This document shows, one piece after another, positions 60,977 through 64,000 of a DNA stretch of 64,000 bases. Every line of letters begins with the position of its first letter. Within the stretch, counting starts at the first letter, position 1. Source of the DNA: Ptychomitrium polyphyllum (lineage: Eukaryota); NCBI GenBank assembly GCA_973851085.1, contig OZ316775.1, positions 8,184,001 through 8,248,000 on the forward strand, given 5' to 3'. The notes below the pieces were generated by a model. It saw only the letters and a list, made by a program, of their open reading frames with translations, searched no databases and was not told the origin of the DNA. Both the position numbers and the translations under genes were made by a program.

Positions 60977-63900
60977 TGAATGAATATTTTTGCTATATTT
61001 GAATCATTGAAATAATTTAGCTATAATAAACTTAGAAATTGAAAGAAAGAAAGAAGTAAGGGACCTATAGGAGTTGTAACAGTAGAAGAATAGCTTTGTA
61101 ATATCAAATATGTGCTCTTTTTGTCTTCTAGTGATTCTAACAATGTTTTCATATATGTGAACTAATTCATTGGTTTGGTACCATGTCTCTATTTATAATT
61201 TCTTAGCTTTTTAATTTTTAAAAGCTAATAAAATTCTTCCTTTTTAACTTAAAAAAAAATATCTACATGTTTTTGTAAGTTTCTAATTTGTCTTGTAAGA
61301 TGAAGTAGTTTTAGTAAAAAAAAATGTTTATCTTATAAAAAGTGTTATATGTTACTTTTTAAAGCTTGGACTCTTAAAATATAGTGTGAGATCTCAAAAA
61401 AATATTACTTGGAATTTCCTAAATCAAATTCTATCATCTCTTGTTAAACTTTTGTAAACTTATATCTATATGGCTTTTAAACATTTTTGAAATGTTGTAA
61501 TGGTATACAAAAATAAAATTTAAAGGACAGGCCAATATATACAAATGAAAAACCACTTAACAATGTAAAATTTTTTAATGCCAAATGTACATCAGTTAAG
61601 AAGAGATGAATGAGTTTTTCTTTAAACCTTGGAAAAATACATTGGCAACATTAAAAATCGTTTGTAGCTTTCAGAAGTGCTACTGAATGCCAAGTCCAGT
61701 GAGGCCATGGACAACTCCGTCATGAAAGGGTTACAACTGCACCAGTATAAGTGCAAATCTAAATCTCAATTTTAATTGCCTGTCCTTGTGTATAAATTTT
61801 ATACATAGTTTCTTTCCTTTAATGAGTTCTTATATGTATTAACTTTTATGGAGTTCTTGGTTGCCTGCTCTCCTATTTCAAGAATTCAAAGACTTTGTAC
61901 TGTACTGTAATGCAGATGGTACCGCTGGTACCGATGGTAACTTACTCATCTCACCCAACTCTGAAACTGGCAAGATATCAGGCAATATTAAACCACCTGA
62001 GATTGCCTCTGCAGCCTGAATACAATAGTAGCTGGATTGCCACCCATGATATCCTGCATTCTGTTGATCACTGCAGCCCTCATAATAATTCCCCTTGGAA
62101 AATAAAGCTAGGATAACCTGTAACTTACCACAAGGACATAAGAAGGGACACATGAATATGACCAGTGAGCAGTACGCAAATCAAGCTGACTCCTGCTCAT
62201 AAAATAAGTAGATGCGTGGTTGTTTTTGTGATAGTTAGTGTGAAGGAGTATGTCACCTTAACAAGTGAAGGACAACTATATCTTCCAAGAACTTCCAAGA
62301 ACATTGATGATGCATTGAAATGAAGAATCCTCAGAAACCTGTTCGTTATTCACCTCAATGGGCCTGAATTGTCATGTTCTCTGCAATGCGCTGTAGCTCC
62401 AGAGGCTGGTTTCTGAGTCTGAGAATTTAGGAAATAGCAGAGCAGGACCTTTCCCACTGCCTAGGATAGGGGCTGCAGGATGTAAGGAAGAATGTCCATA
62501 AATAACCACATACCCCAGAACCACCGCATCGACTTCCCCTAGTACCTCCACCTACGAGATCCACTTCTAACTTTTAGAGACTAGAGAAGAGATTCAGGCC
62601 ACACAAATGACGATTCACTGTTTCAAGCAACTTCAGTGTGTGATTGAATGAGATAAGCCTAGATTCATGGGAGCTTATGTTAGTGGTTTTATCGTATGCT
62701 AGAACTAGTACTATAAGTTTGGATAAAAGATATCTTATATATGAAAGTGGGATTGTAACATAAATGTTATTTTTTTTTAAATTAGTAATTTTTGTGGTTG
62801 GATTGGAAACATGCAAAATTTGCATTATTTGCAAAAACCTTATCAATGGGTTTGTTAGAAATAATATAGATAATTAAATAGTGGCGGTTTAAAGATATTT
62901 TATATTATGCTCATTGCCTTTCTTTGCATGCAACATAAAGTATAGGATCTAGATGTTACATGTTAAGTTAATAGATGTAAATTAGGAACAATAGGTATTA
63001 AAGCAATAAAGTTATTTAGTGAATCTTGTCTTTTGTTCTTCCTTTTGTTTGTAGTATTGTGAGTTTGCATATCAAACTTGGTTTCAAAAGTGTCATACCA
63101 CAATATGGTGATAGGCTTAGAGAAACTTGAAAACTTAGCAACAAAGCCTACATTTAGATGATTTTCTATTTGGATATAAACAAAAAATTTAATTTTTTAT
63201 CCTTAATAATTATTTCTATTATGAATTTGCAAAATTTTTACTCTTAGAAGTGATTTTTGGTTGATTTTAATATTTTATAGCTCCAAAGCCTTCAATAATT
63301 GTTATATTTAATATAATTGTTCATTGACATAGTATTGGTGCTTATGTACATTAATTTTGATGTTTTGCAACATATAGTTATTATACAAGCACTTTATCAT
63401 AACAATATCAAAATCAAGGGCTATAATAAGACTTTAAAAAGAATTGTGATTCAACAAAATAATCTAATTGGATTATTTCTGGACTAATTATGTAGTATAA
63501 GCAAGTTTTAATGTAATAAGTAGCATATTATACAATAAAATGACAAAGTTTGTAATTTCTTTCAATATAACATTTGATTTTTGAAGTTTTTATTGCTTTA
63601 AATTTTTTCTTCATTTTGTGGATTTTCAAACACATTATTTGGCACTATTGAATAATACTTATTGTGTCATATCATTTTACTTTATTGCCATGTAGATCCT
63701 AAAACAAATCTAAAGCTAGAAAGTTTTTCTATATTATTAAAGGTGTATAAAGTCGCTCATTTAATTACTAATTTGATGACTTGATTCTATTTTAGCTCTA
63801 CTATATGATCTTTCTTCCAAAAAGTCTTAAATAAATAAATTGAAATTCCATAGAGCTATTTAGATCCTTAAATATTAAATTGATAAATGATCATGTTTTT

Positions 63901-64000
63901 TCTTTTTTCTTTTGAAATTTTGAACTAAATCCCTTTTAAAAATCTTTAGCACAATCATATTATCAATCTAATCATCAATGGAAATTACAAGTATTCCTAT

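Overview
Eukaryotic plant genomic DNA, most likely a moss such as Physcomitrium. This is inferred from spliced plant-type genes in GC-richer islands separated by AT-rich, decayed LTR-retrotransposon DNA. Genes: the 5' part of an AP-4 epsilon adaptin (-), a small intronless uncharacterised gene (+), an intronless ~1,356-codon Integrator subunit 8 (INTS8)-like gene (+), a disabled alpha-1,6-fucosyltransferase-like gene (-), a 12-exon plastid phosphoglycolate phosphatase (-), an O-fucosyltransferase-family gene (-) and an AMT2 ammonium transporter (-). Region 4.8-19.5 kb is a nest: an old Ty3/gypsy chromovirus holds three solo LTRs and a young full-length copy of the same family (11026-17681, TSD CATGG). 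The young copy shows a Tf1-type self-priming PBS, a candidate -1 gag-pol frameshift signal and perfect heat-shock elements in U3. Region 32.4-38.25 kb is a decayed Ty1/copia with short TG..TA LTRs, a tRNA-iMet PBS and TSD GGTGC. Exon boundaries and homologies were read by eye and from recalled family motifs; no searches were run.
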